Shown here: positions 29,283-39,771 of the stretch, one piece after another | Position numbering within the stretch: the stretch's first letter is position 1 | Layout of the letters: the number at the start of each line of letters is the position of its first letter | Assembly (NCBI GenBank): GCA_029258795.1 | Contig: JAPDKB010000009.1 | Coordinates: 40,677-104,676 of the forward strand | DNA from: an archaeon | Lineage (GTDB): Archaea > EX4484-52 > WAPT01 | DNA: 64,000 nt | Direction of reading: 5' to 3' | Notes under the pieces: model-generated | What the model saw: the letters and a program-made list of their open reading frames with translations, nothing else | Database searches by the model: none | What the model was told of the DNA's origin: nothing | Position numbers and translations under genes: made by a program

Positions 29283-29696
29283 TTACATCCTTTCAAACAG
29301 ATCCAGCATTGCCGGCTCGAGATTTCCATGCTCTTTCATTTCAGACAGGCTGAGAAAGATCAGGTTGTTGATTTCGTTTTTCGCTCTTACTTTTAGCTCG
29401 TCTTTGTTCTTAACCTCACACTCAAAATAAAGAATTACACGCGATACCTCAATACCGCTATCTTTGAATTTTATAGTGTCCTGTCCGAAACCAAGGAACC
29501 TTACAATATTAATGTTCAGATTGAGCTCTTCCTTAATTTCTCTTTTCAGCGCATCCTCGACTCTCTCACCGAATCTCAACTTCCCGCCCGGAACGCGGTA
29601 GAATCCGAAGCGAGGATCTTTCACAAGCAAGTATTTATCACCAAATCTGAGAAATGCGGAAACCACAACGACCGGCAACTGTTGGTATTTTCTCAT
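29283..29696 (-). CDS. Nudix hydrolase
   Basis: PGGKLRFGERVEDALKREIKEELN Nudix box. Confidence 0.88.
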   Translation of the reverse strand: MRKYQQLPVVVVSAFLRFGDKYLLVKDPRFGFYRVPGGKLRFGERVEDALKREIKEELNLNINIVRFLGFGQDTIKFKDSGIEVSRVILYFECEVKNKDELKVRAKNEINNLIFLSLSEMKEHGNLEPAMLDLFERM

Positions 29697-29751
29697 AAAT
29701 TCAATAGTGCTTCTTTAATTTATAAAAGCTTCACCCATAAAAATCACAATA

Positions 29752-30039
29752 ATGCTGAAATATCACCGAGAAATTCTAAAGGAATTTGAGCCGATAAAAA
29801 GACGCGCGAAAGTGATACTGTTTGGTTCAGTTGCCCGGGGTGACTACACAACGGATTCAGATATAGATCTTGCGATCATTACGGATGACGAAAAAATAAA
29901 GCGGATGGCCAGAGAGATAGCGGACAAAGTGATGGTTGAGTACGGAAAGGTCGTATCCCTGAAGTTCGTATCTCCTCAGGATTTTGAAAAGAAACAGGAC
30001 CCGTTCCTTAAGGAGATAAAAAGGGGTGTTGAGATATGA
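29752..30039 (+). CDS. minimal nucleotidyltransferase (MNT)
   Basis: ILFGSVARGD...SDIDL. Confidence 0.9.
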   Translation: MLKYHREILKEFEPIKRRAKVILFGSVARGDYTTDSDIDLAIITDDEKIKRMAREIADKVMVEYGKVVSLKFVSPQDFEKKQDPFLKEIKRGVEI

Positions 30040-30431
30040 GTGAAAACTTGAAAGATGTTGTTAGAGAGGAGATCGAATTTGCAAGAAACAGGTTAAAGGC
30101 AGCTAAACTACTCCTGGAGCAAAATTTACTAGCTGATGCCGTAAACAGGGCTTATTATGCAGCATTTTATGCTGCCCGTGCGATGCTGCATGTATCGGGC
30201 CATGATGCGAGAACCCATGCAGGCGTGCTTTCTGAGTTTGGTTTGAAAATTGTTAGGCAAAATCTTGCTCCAGAAAAGTACGCGAAAGTGCTTAGGCGTG
30301 CATTTGAATTAAGGGAAACAAGCGATTACGTGCTGGGTGCGGTTTTTGGGAAGGAAGAAGTCGAGACCTTGATTAGGGAGGTTGAAGATTTTCTGAACTT
30401 TGCCGAAAAATTTGTGCAGGAAAGGTTATAA
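30036..30431 (+). CDS. HEPN-domain protein, partner of MNT
   Basis: AVNRAYYAAF, RTHAGV, RETSDY; 4-nt overlap with the MNT gene. Confidence 0.88.
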   Translation: MSENLKDVVREEIEFARNRLKAAKLLLEQNLLADAVNRAYYAAFYAARAMLHVSGHDARTHAGVLSEFGLKIVRQNLAPEKYAKVLRRAFELRETSDYVLGAVFGKEEVETLIREVEDFLNFAEKFVQERL

Positions 30432-31229
30432 GATGATTTTGAAACCCTCGTGATGTGTTACGATTCCAGCAATGTTAACATGGCTTTTCGCCAGCACTGT
30501 CTTTACATGGTTCACCTGCTTGCGCAGCTCATCACGATTCATCATCTTCTCGTAACATTCAGGAAAGTTATTTTTCAACCATTCAACAAATTTCCGCCCC
30601 GCAGCCCTCAAATTCAGAAATTCGACAAAATAATGGTGTACAAAGCTCTTCGTTTCTTTTACGATAGCTTCCGGATCCACAAGTTCAGGGATGAGGGGCG
30701 AGATGAAAGCGTAGTTTCTAATGCCGCTTTCGTGCAACATCTCGAGAGCATCAATCCGCTTCTCATGTTTCGGAGCCCTCGGTTCTAAAACTTTTCTTAT
30801 TCTTTCATCAAGTCCATTCACGGTCAATCCAACTTCAATACATTCAAATCTCTCGAAAATGTCAATATCTCTCGTGACAAGGTCGGATTTGGTGAGGATT
30901 GAGAGATCTGTTCTTTTATCCATGTTTTCCAGCACTCTCCTCGTGAGCATGAGCTTTTTCTCGACTGGCTGGTAAGCATCGCTTACACTTGACATGCAGA
31001 CTTTACTCCTCACATGTTTCCCTTTCACGAGCTCCGGAGCGTTTTCCTTAACCTCAACCCAGCTCCCCCACCTACCATGATTTTTCCATTTGCACAAGAA
31101 CTTCGCATAACAATAGAGGCAGGCATGCTCGCATCCAACGTAGGGGTTGAGAACAAAGCTGCAAGAAGGAATCTTGGTTTTCGTGAATATGGATTTCGCT
31201 TTGGTGAATATCACACGCACCTTAACCAC
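30426..31229 (-). CDS. radical SAM protein, SplB/photolyase-like
   Basis: NPYVGCEHACLYCYA, SSVSDAYQP.E, ILTKS, EP.AP....R. Confidence 0.82.
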   Translation of the reverse strand: MVKVRVIFTKAKSIFTKTKIPSCSFVLNPYVGCEHACLYCYAKFLCKWKNHGRWGSWVEVKENAPELVKGKHVRSKVCMSSVSDAYQPVEKKLMLTRRVLENMDKRTDLSILTKSDLVTRDIDIFERFECIEVGLTVNGLDERIRKVLEPRAPKHEKRIDALEMLHESGIRNYAFISPLIPELVDPEAIVKETKSFVHHYFVEFLNLRAAGRKFVEWLKNNFPECYEKMMNRDELRKQVNHVKTVLAKSHVNIAGIVTHHEGFKIIL

Positions 31230-31288
31230 TTCTTACATGTTTTTGCAAGTTATTTCATATAACTTGCAATATCTTTAAATGCGAAAAA

Positions 31289-32128
31289 TCACAGTCCCTC
31301 GTAAGTTTCCTTCATTAACAAAGCATCCCCTTCTATGTTCGGGCTTTCGGAGATGACCACGCCCTTAACATTAAACTCCTTCAGGACGCGCAGCAGCTCC
31401 ACATAATCCAGATCGCTTTCCTCCAGATTTAGATGGTTTCTCTCCCCTTTCTCGCCGTAGTTTATTCCGGAAATGTGGATGTGCATGTTGTCCAATGCTT
31501 CCCTACCAAGCCCTTCCTCAATCTTTTCCAGCAGCTCCACCCACTCTTGCCTAGTGTTGTAAGCTCCGTTGTATCTGGCATGGAGATGAGCAAAGTCAAT
31601 GCATGGCAGAACCATCTCAACCTCCTGCGCAAGCTTGATGAGCTCATCAACATCTCCAAATTGCGTTGGCTTTCCTGTCAGCTCAGGCCTGATCCATATC
31701 TCAATCCCATCATTTTGCAGAATTTGCACAATATCTTCAATAGCTTCTTTCACCCTGCTGTAAACCGTCTTTTTTTCCATCCCCATGTAGTAAGCTGCAT
31801 GAAAAACAACGCTCCACGCTCCACAAAGATGTGCTATTCTCGCAGAGTTTATTATGCGAACTTTACTTGCTTCAACCTTTTCTTTCTCCTTCGCATTCAG
31901 GTTTATGAAGTAGGGCGCATGGCAGGTAAGCACAACCGCGTTTCTTTCCGCAACCTCCTTCACGATTGGAGCTTTGTCCTTGCTTACATTTATACTTCTT
32001 ACAAATTCGAGCTCCATCGCATCTAAGTTGAGCTCTCTAACGCGCTCTATACCTCTCTCGGTGGTTGGCTTTTCAGTGCTTAAAGGTATTCCAGCCGTAC
32101 CAAAAAGCAGCTTTCCAATTCGCTTCAT
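31289..32128 (-). CDS. nfo: endonuclease IV-like TIM-barrel protein
   Basis: FGTAG, HAPYFINL, VFHA, ELTGK, DFAHLHAR, HIHISG, ISESP. Confidence 0.82.
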   Translation of the reverse strand: MKRIGKLLFGTAGIPLSTEKPTTERGIERVRELNLDAMELEFVRSINVSKDKAPIVKEVAERNAVVLTCHAPYFINLNAKEKEKVEASKVRIINSARIAHLCGAWSVVFHAAYYMGMEKKTVYSRVKEAIEDIVQILQNDGIEIWIRPELTGKPTQFGDVDELIKLAQEVEMVLPCIDFAHLHARYNGAYNTRQEWVELLEKIEEGLGREALDNMHIHISGINYGEKGERNHLNLEESDLDYVELLRVLKEFNVKGVVISESPNIEGDALLMKETYEGL

Positions 32129-32183
32129 AACTATAAACTTGTCCTGAAAACTTTTTATCTTCCACCATCCACAAAATGAAAAG

Positions 32184-33029
32184 ATGGGGAGAAAAATTCA
32201 GGCGTATGTGGAGATAATCCGGCTGAGTGTTTGCGGGCTTACCTTACTTGCATTTCTTGCAGGAGCAGCAATATCCACAATCTACGAACTAGTTAGCATG
32301 GAAAAGATCATTCTCGGCTTGATAGCAGCGTTTTTAATTTGCGCATCAGGCAATGTGATAAACGATTATTTTGACGTGGAGATGGATAAGATCAACCGTC
32401 CCACCAGACCGATTCCCTCGGGAAGAATAAAACCAAATGAAGCAATGATATTCTATGTTCTTCTGATCATTGTTGGTAACCTTCTTGCCTATTATGCAGG
32501 GACTTATTTCTTCATTCTCGCGGTTTTTAACACTTTCGTAGCATTTATCTATGCTTGGAAGTTGAAAAAGACCGCGCTTGTGGGCAATATGATGGATTCA
32601 TATCTCGCGGCATCGGTCTTCATAGCCCCGCTTTTCCTTCTCGAAAACTTCAGCATTCGTATGCTTGTTGAAAGCCCCGCCTTCATACTTGGCGTCATAG
32701 CGTTTTTTGGCAACATGGGTCGTGAAATCTTAAAGGATGTGGAGGATATGGAAGGTGATAAAAGAGCGGGGGCCAGAACTCTGCCAGTGGTGGCTGGCAC
32801 AAGAAAATCGAAGGCATTTGCTTACATTTTCATTACCACAGGAATTGTAATGGCGTGGTTGCCAGCATTGAGCGGAGTGCTTACCACCCTTTACCTGCCG
32901 TTTTTATTGATTTCCTCACTGCTGGTTGTTGTGAGTTTTATAAAACACAAAAACGTATCTTTAGCTCAAAGAATTCTGAAAATTGTCATGTATTTGGTCA
33001 TTGCGGGTTTCATAGCGGGTAGCGTTTAA
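32184..33029 (+). CDS. digeranylgeranylglyceryl-phosphate synthase-like UbiA prenyltransferase
   Basis: NDYFDVEMDKINRPTRPIPSG, REILKDVEDMEGD...GARTLP; multiple TM segments. Confidence 0.82.
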   Translation: MGRKIQAYVEIIRLSVCGLTLLAFLAGAAISTIYELVSMEKIILGLIAAFLICASGNVINDYFDVEMDKINRPTRPIPSGRIKPNEAMIFYVLLIIVGNLLAYYAGTYFFILAVFNTFVAFIYAWKLKKTALVGNMMDSYLAASVFIAPLFLLENFSIRMLVESPAFILGVIAFFGNMGREILKDVEDMEGDKRAGARTLPVVAGTRKSKAFAYIFITTGIVMAWLPALSGVLTTLYLPFLLISSLLVVVSFIKHKNVSLAQRILKIVMYLVIAGFIAGSV

Positions 33030-33103
33030 ACGACAAATAACGAGTTAAATGTTCTGTTTTTAACGAAAAGTTTATATAGGTGAACCACCAATATTTCAGG
33101 TTC

Positions 33104-33931
33104 ATGCAGGGTGAAGAGGAACAATATTTGAATTGTTTGAAAAGAAGTTTCGCAAAAGAAATGAAGAGAAAGGTCAAGGAGATAGTAGATATCAACGATA
33201 GCTATTTACAACTTCTAAAGGCGTGCGGTCAAAAAATAGGAAGCGTCAGTTCAAAAGCGTTTTCTCATGGATTGAGCCACGGAGTCAACACAGCTTACAA
33301 TTTGATTGAGCTGGATGAAAAGTACGATTTGAATATAAGCAACAATGGTTATGATATCATTGCAGCGGCAATTCTGCACGATATAAACAGGCCTTACGAG
33401 GTGCATGAGAACAACGGCATAGTTCCTAACGGGGAGCTTAGTGCTGAAGAAGCTTATCTTTTACTTTCATCCATTTATGGAGAGGAGAAAGCGAAAAATG
33501 TTGCTGAAGTGATAAAGTACCATGATGATCCTTCCTTGGCATCCCATGATGGAGGTCTGATGGAAGCCACCACTATTCTTAGGGCTGCGGATGTCCTTGA
33601 TGCTGATATAACCAGAGTTTTGGCATGCGCTTACGAGTACTCGCAGCTGAAAGGCACTATGCTTTCACCCCGAGAAATAGCGAGAAGATGGAAGAGGAAA
33701 GTGGATTACGATTTGGACGCGTTAAGGGATCTGGATGAGAGAATAATGAAGGAAGTGGAGGAACACTATCGACACACAACAAATCAGCTGGAGCAGATAA
33801 TCGCTCTGGAGGGTTTGGAGGATTTAAGGAATGGAGAGGGATTAAGCCCGTTGGAAATTGCTCTTAAAGATTCGGCTCTTGTAGAAAGAGCAAAAGAAGA
33901 GGCATGCAGAGAAGTTGTTTCACGACTGTAA
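33104..33931 (+). CDS. HD-domain protein
   Basis: HGLSH, AAILHD, YHD, ADVLD; TTTATATA box suggests start 33104 (track start 33080). Confidence 0.72.
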   Translation: MQGEEEQYLNCLKRSFAKEMKRKVKEIVDINDSYLQLLKACGQKIGSVSSKAFSHGLSHGVNTAYNLIELDEKYDLNISNNGYDIIAAAILHDINRPYEVHENNGIVPNGELSAEEAYLLLSSIYGEEKAKNVAEVIKYHDDPSLASHDGGLMEATTILRAADVLDADITRVLACAYEYSQLKGTMLSPREIARRWKRKVDYDLDALRDLDERIMKEVEEHYRHTTNQLEQIIALEGLEDLRNGEGLSPLEIALKDSALVERAKEEACREVVSRL

Positions 33932-34002
33932 AAAATTATGCGGTTATTTTCGTCTTTACACAACAGTTATATTTAAATTCTGGTTAAACCACAACAATTC
34001 TT

Positions 34003-35295
34003 ATGCATCAGCTCAGCTCATCACCACAGGGAGGGATTGCGGATAGGTATGAGAAACAGATAAAATTCAAGCATATCGGCAAGGAGGAGCAGGAAGAACT
34101 AGCAAGAAAGAAAGTTGCCGTCGTTGGGCTTGGCGGACTCGGAAGCATGGAAGCCCAGCTTCTTGCAAGAGCTGGGGTTGGCACGCTTGTGCTCGTTGAT
34201 CCCGATTATGTGGAGATTACCAATCTTCACAGACAGCTTCTTTATGATGAGGGCGATGTTGACAAGCTCAAAGCTGTTGTGGCTAGAGAAAAGCTGAGCA
34301 GAATAAACTCCTCATGCAAGTATGTGGCACATATAACGCCCATAACTTCAGATAATGTGGATGAGATATTGCACGATGTGGATGTGGTGGTGGATGGTCT
34401 GGATGACATGCATGCCAGATACATTCTGAATGATTATTGTGTGAAAGCTGGAAAACCCCTCGTTCATGCGGCCGTGGCTGGAAGCATAGGAGTGGTGTTC
34501 AACATATTGCCCAGAAGAACGCCTTGCCTGCAGTGCCTCTATCCAAAAGAGCTGGTGGAGAAAGAGCTCCAGACCTATGATATTGATACTGCAGGAGCGC
34601 TCAACATGGCCATAGCCACTGTAGGGGCTATAGCTGCATGCGAAGCTCTGAAAATCCTGCTGAATAAAAACATTTCGGAAGAGTTGATTTATGTTGATTT
34701 GTGGAAGCAGGAGTTCCAGAAGGTGAAGATTGAAAAGGATGCTTCATGCCCTGCATGCAGAGGCAGGTATGTTTTCCTTGAGGAAGGGAGGGGAAGGAGA
34801 GTTGTGAAGCTCAGCAAAAACAAGTTTTTCGTGTTCCATGAGAGGAGCTTTGATTTTGAGAAAGCTATTGACTCGCTCAAAAGCATGGGCTATGCCGTGA
34901 GACACGATAACTTTGTTGCGCACGTTGCGGAGAGCGGAGCCATAGTGTCATTCTTGAGGAATGGAGATGCACTTGTCAAGAATGTTTCGAGTGAGGGGGA
35001 AGCCCTTAGAATATACGAGACCTTGATTGAAAGAGCGAGCTCAAGTGTAATGCATACCCAACCCACTCAACTCCATGATGAGGAAGAAAATAAAGATAAG
35101 CATGAGGATATTCAACTGGAGTTTTTCAGAGATGTTTCTGAAGGAAACGAAACAGAAAGTGATGAAAAGGAATTTGAAAGGCATGAACGTGATGACGCGG
35201 GAAACGAGGAAACAACGTTTTTACCCTCTAAAAATGAGAGTGAAGAAAAGAAGGAAGAAGATGATGACCTATTCTTCCCCAATCCGTTTCAGTAA
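34003..35295 (+). CDS. ThiF/MoeB/UbaA E1-like activating enzyme with acidic C-terminal tail
   Basis: RYEKQ, VGLGGLG, D.D.VEITNLHRQ, PCLQC, CPAC. Confidence 0.88.
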   Translation: MHQLSSSPQGGIADRYEKQIKFKHIGKEEQEELARKKVAVVGLGGLGSMEAQLLARAGVGTLVLVDPDYVEITNLHRQLLYDEGDVDKLKAVVAREKLSRINSSCKYVAHITPITSDNVDEILHDVDVVVDGLDDMHARYILNDYCVKAGKPLVHAAVAGSIGVVFNILPRRTPCLQCLYPKELVEKELQTYDIDTAGALNMAIATVGAIAACEALKILLNKNISEELIYVDLWKQEFQKVKIEKDASCPACRGRYVFLEEGRGRRVVKLSKNKFFVFHERSFDFEKAIDSLKSMGYAVRHDNFVAHVAESGAIVSFLRNGDALVKNVSSEGEALRIYETLIERASSSVMHTQPTQLHDEEENKDKHEDIQLEFFRDVSEGNETESDEKEFERHERDDAGNEETTFLPSKNESEEKKEEDDDLFFPNPFQ

Positions 35296-36210
35296 TATAC
35301 AAGCTTTACATGTTCTCTGAGAGGTGGGCTCACCACACCTACTGCAACGTCTTATCCTGTCCATCTCCACCAAGCTTCTCAGCGCTGGTTGAATTCTGTC
35401 GAATGTTCTCACTATGCTGTACTTTATGCCAGGATACTTGTCCTCAAGCATGTTTATGATATCTCTCACATCCCCCCTAAACGCATCCGTAACATAGGGA
35501 CATTCTGCCAGCGAAAAAGGGAGCTCAAGCAGCATGGCAGCCAGCGTGGTCTCCTTTTCCGGAATGTCCCTCAATGGCTTGATGCGCACCACGAACTTTT
35601 CATCCTCCACAAAATACGGCACGTATCCTATTCTCACCGCTCTGAGCAAATCACCTCTTAGATAGTTAGCAAGGATGGCCTGTGCTTCATCATCCAGATT
35701 GTGGGCTATTGCAAGCTTATCGGCTCTTAGCTCTCTTGCGCCCTTGTTGAGAAGGTACCTCCTGAAAGTTCCACAATAAGTGCAGGCATGCACCTCGTAT
35801 CCGTACTTTTCCTTTTCAAGTTTCACCATTTCATCCAGAGTTTTGCCAAAGCTCTTCTTGAAGCTGTACTCATAATAAGGAACGTCCAACCGCTCGCACA
35901 GCTCTTTTGCATACTTTTTCGTTTTGTCCCTGTAACCCGCTATCCCCTCATCAATCAGCAATGCTTCCAGCTCGAAATGCCCCTGCTTTTTCTGCTTGTC
36001 TCTCAAAAGTTTGAGGAGGAGAGCAGAGTCCTTTCCCCCGGAAATGCCGACAACAACCCTGTCATTGCGCTTTATCATTCCGTATTTTCGGATGGTTCTG
36101 TTAACTTTAAAACGCACATCCCGTATGAAGTGATGCTTGCAAAGAGCTTTTCCCTCAAATTTCCTGTAAATAACCGCGGGATTACCACATTTGCTGCACT
36201 TCAGTACCAT
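35269..36210 (-). CDS. ncsA: tRNA 2-thiolation protein NcsA/TtuA
   Basis: N-terminal Zn finger, SGGKDS PP-loop, CTYCGTFRR, HNLDDE, ECPY, C-terminal Zn finger. Confidence 0.88.
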   Translation of the reverse strand: MVLKCSKCGNPAVIYRKFEGKALCKHHFIRDVRFKVNRTIRKYGMIKRNDRVVVGISGGKDSALLLKLLRDKQKKQGHFELEALLIDEGIAGYRDKTKKYAKELCERLDVPYYEYSFKKSFGKTLDEMVKLEKEKYGYEVHACTYCGTFRRYLLNKGARELRADKLAIAHNLDDEAQAILANYLRGDLLRAVRIGYVPYFVEDEKFVVRIKPLRDIPEKETTLAAMLLELPFSLAECPYVTDAFRGDVRDIINMLEDKYPGIKYSIVRTFDRIQPALRSLVEMDRIRRCSRCGEPTSQRTCKACILLKRIGEE

Positions 36211-36321
36211 GAAGCCAGTTTTATGAGGGAGAGTTAAATTTCTTTCACTGGCTTACAAACCGCGCCCTGTTATCCGTGATAGCCATAGATTATTTATATC
36301 TCAATATACCAAAATTGAATC

Positions 36322-39300
36322 ATGCAAAAAGCGCAAAATGCAATTTCAAACATACTCATCATTATATTCTTCTTACTCTTCATTCCAGCCATCGCTCAAG
36401 CCATGGAAATCATGAATGTGACCGATTATCCTGACCCGCTTAAAGCCAATTCCACTTACATAACCATAAAATTCAACGTAACCACAGATATGAATCAAAC
36501 GATAGATAAAGCGCTGATATTTCTCACCGGACCGAATCTGGCTTTCGAGGATGTGCTTGAGCCGGTGTCGAACAAAACGTACACGGTTGTGGTGCAGACC
36601 AATCAAAGCGGAAATCTGACCAACACAACCACCAACATAACCGAATTCACCTTCACCTACTGGCCGGAGATTGAGGGCACATACTGGTACAGGGCTTTTG
36701 TTAACGACACGAACGGAAACTCAACTTACTCATCCTATTACAGCTTTTCAGCATTGCGTTATCCTTTAATTCACGCTGTCCATATAACCACTCCTGTAAA
36801 CTACACTGATGACGTGCTCATCAACATCACCGCCTATATCCTTCCTTGGGACGGTGAAACGATAACAAATGTAACGGCTGAAATAATAAGTCCCAACGGC
36901 ACAGCTTTCAATTTGACCATGAACTTTTCACACTTTGATGGTACCTATTACGTTTACAACGCTTCGTTCCATCCAGATGTCTATGCTATCTATGTTATCG
37001 ACCACTGGGAAAGGGAATACAGAATAAGGGTGTTCGCCACTGATAACACATCAAGCACATCCGTATCTGATTTCTACACGGCAAGAGCGGAGGACTACGT
37101 GCCAGAGGTGGTGGATGTTGCGGCATATCCACCGGCACAGGAATTCTTGGGTGTGGCGTTTTACATACCGACTAACAATACCCTCGTGATAAATATAACA
37201 ACACACGATGTAACGTCAGCCACAAATTTAACGAGCAATATTAACAAATCACAACTCATACTCACAAGCAGTTACCTTGGCTTATATGAGGTGTATAACC
37301 TAACCCTGATCGACTCCAACGAAAGTTACAAGGTCTATAATTGGAGTTTTAATTACACAACCCCCCACATCCTGTATGAGTTCAGGATCTACTTGGAAGA
37401 TACTCACGGAAACAAATATCTTTCACAACCTTACTTCTTCTCAGATGACATCATGACGTACAGGATAGTACCTCTAGAGTTAAATGTCAGTGAAGCTTGC
37501 TGTTTGCTGCCGGTGGTTATAGTCTCCCCGAAGGTCATGTACGAGGGGCAAACGTTCACCATATATACCTATGTGGAGAACTGTGGCAGTGTGCCAGTAA
37601 ATGTGAGCGGAGGTGTGGACATATACAAGATAAGGGGTAAGGATTGGATACATTATGAAACCGTGGCAGAGCAGGATGAATATGCTTTTTACAATCTAAA
37701 ACCGGGGGAAATAGCCGGCACATATTATGTCAGGAGCAGCGCTGACTATGATGAAGGAAACTACAGCGCTGTGCTGGATGTGAACTACTATGCTGATGTG
37801 TGCTTCAACAGAACAAACGGCACGGATTTCTTTGAAATCAAGAAGTTTGGCGGACATGGACCGATGGACTTGATAGTGATAAGGGAAATGCCATCAAGCA
37901 TCACCCAGCCGAAGGAATGCGAAACAAATCCAGACGCGTGTAACACCTTACAGATAAGACTTTTCCTTTACAACAGAGGTGCCCAAAACATAACCAACGT
38001 TACTTTCACAGACACCATCCAGCTGAACATATCATTAGCGCATCCGAATCCAGAGGTGGGCGCTCCTGTAAAGGTGGTGTGTAATTCTACATATGCTTAC
38101 AACTGCAGCGTGAAGATGAAAAAGTACACCCCCTATGATCCAACTGTGGCTATAATTCATGTTAACCTTACCCAACCCATTCTTCCCAGAAACTACGTTA
38201 TGGTAAGTTATAACTTAACACCCGCATCCAACCTTACAGTATATAACGAGACCTATGAAACAAAATACACATTCATAGTCCAAGGTACATTTACCGATTC
38301 TAAGGGTCAGACACAGATATTTTTGGAGAGGATGCCTTATTTCAATCCACCGGAATCCTATACTTTAGAGCTGGTGGATGAGAAATCATTCGACTACAAC
38401 ATTTTCGTTAACAACAATTCGCAGACCAACTTAACGCACCTTCGTTCCTTCTATGCTCTCAAGCCGGCTACACTCGAAATAGTGGCAAAATCAATATCCG
38501 GAGATCACGAAATGAACGGAAATTATTTTGTTAATGTTTCGATTCCGCCCATTTGGAAGATAAATGGTGTGGTGGATTATGGGGATTGCGATGCCATAAC
38601 CTATCAGAATTATGATTTAACGCATGCACAACCATACATATTGTGTAACTCATCCAAACCCCTGAAAAACAACGATGCCATCACATTTTCCGTTAACGTG
38701 ACCAGCTTCATAGATGAAATGTTTTTGCTTCCTGCTGAGGGTACAAATTTCTTTGACCTGAAATCTCCATACATACCCGGTTTCTTCCTTGTAGCAATGC
38801 GCCCCCAGAATGAAACTCCCACACCGAAGCCAGTGCCTCAACCAGTTCCTAAGCCAGTGCCTCAACCAGTACCCCAACCCGTACCTCAACCAACCCCAAA
38901 GCCGAAAATAGAAATAGTGTTAACGCCAATAAAGGACGAGTATACTGCGTATCAAGATCAGTTAATTCCAACATATTTCTCAGTTGAGAACATAGGTAAT
39001 GCCACAGCATACAACATATCCATCGAGCCTGAACTCCCCTCTCCTGAGTGGAGATTCTCACCAACCTACGTGGATGTTCTGAGACCGGGAGAGAAGGTCA
39101 ACAGAACGCTGATGATCGCGCCAGGCATAGATACTCCTCCTGGGCTTTACGTCATACCTGTAAAAGCAGTAGTCGATGGGGAGGTGGCTGATCTCGCCTA
39201 CATAAAGGTTCACGTGCTCTTCGGGAAGCATCTTGCCAAAATAGAAATAGTGGAGGCTCCAACGGAGGTTGAAATAGACGAGTTCTCAAACCTAACAATC

Positions 39301-39771
39301 CCTGTACTCCTAAAAAACATTGGCAGGAAAAAGCTGCACAACGTAACCATGAGGTTGGAAAACGTGGAGGAGTGTATTTCCTTCCAGAATTCAAGCATGC
39401 ATGAACTGGATGTTAATGAAACGGTGAGTGCAACCCTTTTCATCACGGCAAAAGATGCTCCCAAGAAGTGCAGGGCTGTGCTTATAGTCTCTTCAAAGGA
39501 GGAAGCGTATGCCTTTGCACCGGTGCTGATAAAGGTTAATCCCAGACCACCACTCATGCCACTGCAGTGGAAGTGGGCACCCTATCTTGCTTTGGGATGG
39601 ACTGCTATTTTTGTAACATATGGTGTGATAAGAAAAAGAAAGGCGAGAAGGGGTGAAAGACCAAGAACGATATGGCCACGAGTTTTCATTTATACACTTT
39701 TAATGGGAGAGATTTTGATAATTATTTACGTGATGCTCTGGATTTTCGGTTATATCGCTTCGATGATTTAA
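36322..39771 (+). CDS. large secreted, C-terminally membrane-anchored Ig-like surface glycoprotein
   Basis: Signal peptide, many N-x-S/T sequons, Pro-rich linker, CARDB/NEW3-like (N.G) modules, two C-terminal TM segments. Confidence 0.8.
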   Translation: MQKAQNAISNILIIIFFLLFIPAIAQAMEIMNVTDYPDPLKANSTYITIKFNVTTDMNQTIDKALIFLTGPNLAFEDVLEPVSNKTYTVVVQTNQSGNLTNTTTNITEFTFTYWPEIEGTYWYRAFVNDTNGNSTYSSYYSFSALRYPLIHAVHITTPVNYTDDVLINITAYILPWDGETITNVTAEIISPNGTAFNLTMNFSHFDGTYYVYNASFHPDVYAIYVIDHWEREYRIRVFATDNTSSTSVSDFYTARAEDYVPEVVDVAAYPPAQEFLGVAFYIPTNNTLVINITTHDVTSATNLTSNINKSQLILTSSYLGLYEVYNLTLIDSNESYKVYNWSFNYTTPHILYEFRIYLEDTHGNKYLSQPYFFSDDIMTYRIVPLELNVSEACCLLPVVIVSPKVMYEGQTFTIYTYVENCGSVPVNVSGGVDIYKIRGKDWIHYETVAEQDEYAFYNLKPGEIAGTYYVRSSADYDEGNYSAVLDVNYYADVCFNRTNGTDFFEIKKFGGHGPMDLIVIREMPSSITQPKECETNPDACNTLQIRLFLYNRGAQNITNVTFTDTIQLNISLAHPNPEVGAPVKVVCNSTYAYNCSVKMKKYTPYDPTVAIIHVNLTQPILPRNYVMVSYNLTPASNLTVYNETYETKYTFIVQGTFTDSKGQTQIFLERMPYFNPPESYTLELVDEKSFDYNIFVNNNSQTNLTHLRSFYALKPATLEIVAKSISGDHEMNGNYFVNVSIPPIWKINGVVDYGDCDAITYQNYDLTHAQPYILCNSSKPLKNNDAITFSVNVTSFIDEMFLLPAEGTNFFDLKSPYIPGFFLVAMRPQNETPTPKPVPQPVPKPVPQPVPQPVPQPTPKPKIEIVLTPIKDEYTAYQDQLIPTYFSVENIGNATAYNISIEPELPSPEWRFSPTYVDVLRPGEKVNRTLMIAPGIDTPPGLYVIPVKAVVDGEVADLAYIKVHVLFGKHLAKIEIVEAPTEVEIDEFSNLTIPVLLKNIGRKKLHNVTMRLENVEECISFQNSSMHELDVNETVSATLFITAKDAPKKCRAVLIVSSKEEAYAFAPVLIKVNPRPPLMPLQWKWAPYLALGWTAIFVTYGVIRKRKARRGERPRTIWPRVFIYTLLMGEILIIIYVMLWIFGYIASMI
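38815..38907 (+). repeat. 12-nt period tandem repeat encoding a P(K/Q)PV linker
   Basis: TPTPKPVPQPVPKPVPQPVPQPVPQPTPKPK. Confidence 0.85.

Noticed and set aside
38815-38907. Short tandem repeat considered as CRISPR or a contingency locus
   Set aside because: In-frame 12-nt degenerate coding repeat for a Pro-rich linker with no spacers. No CRISPR array or cas gene was seen anywhere in the window.
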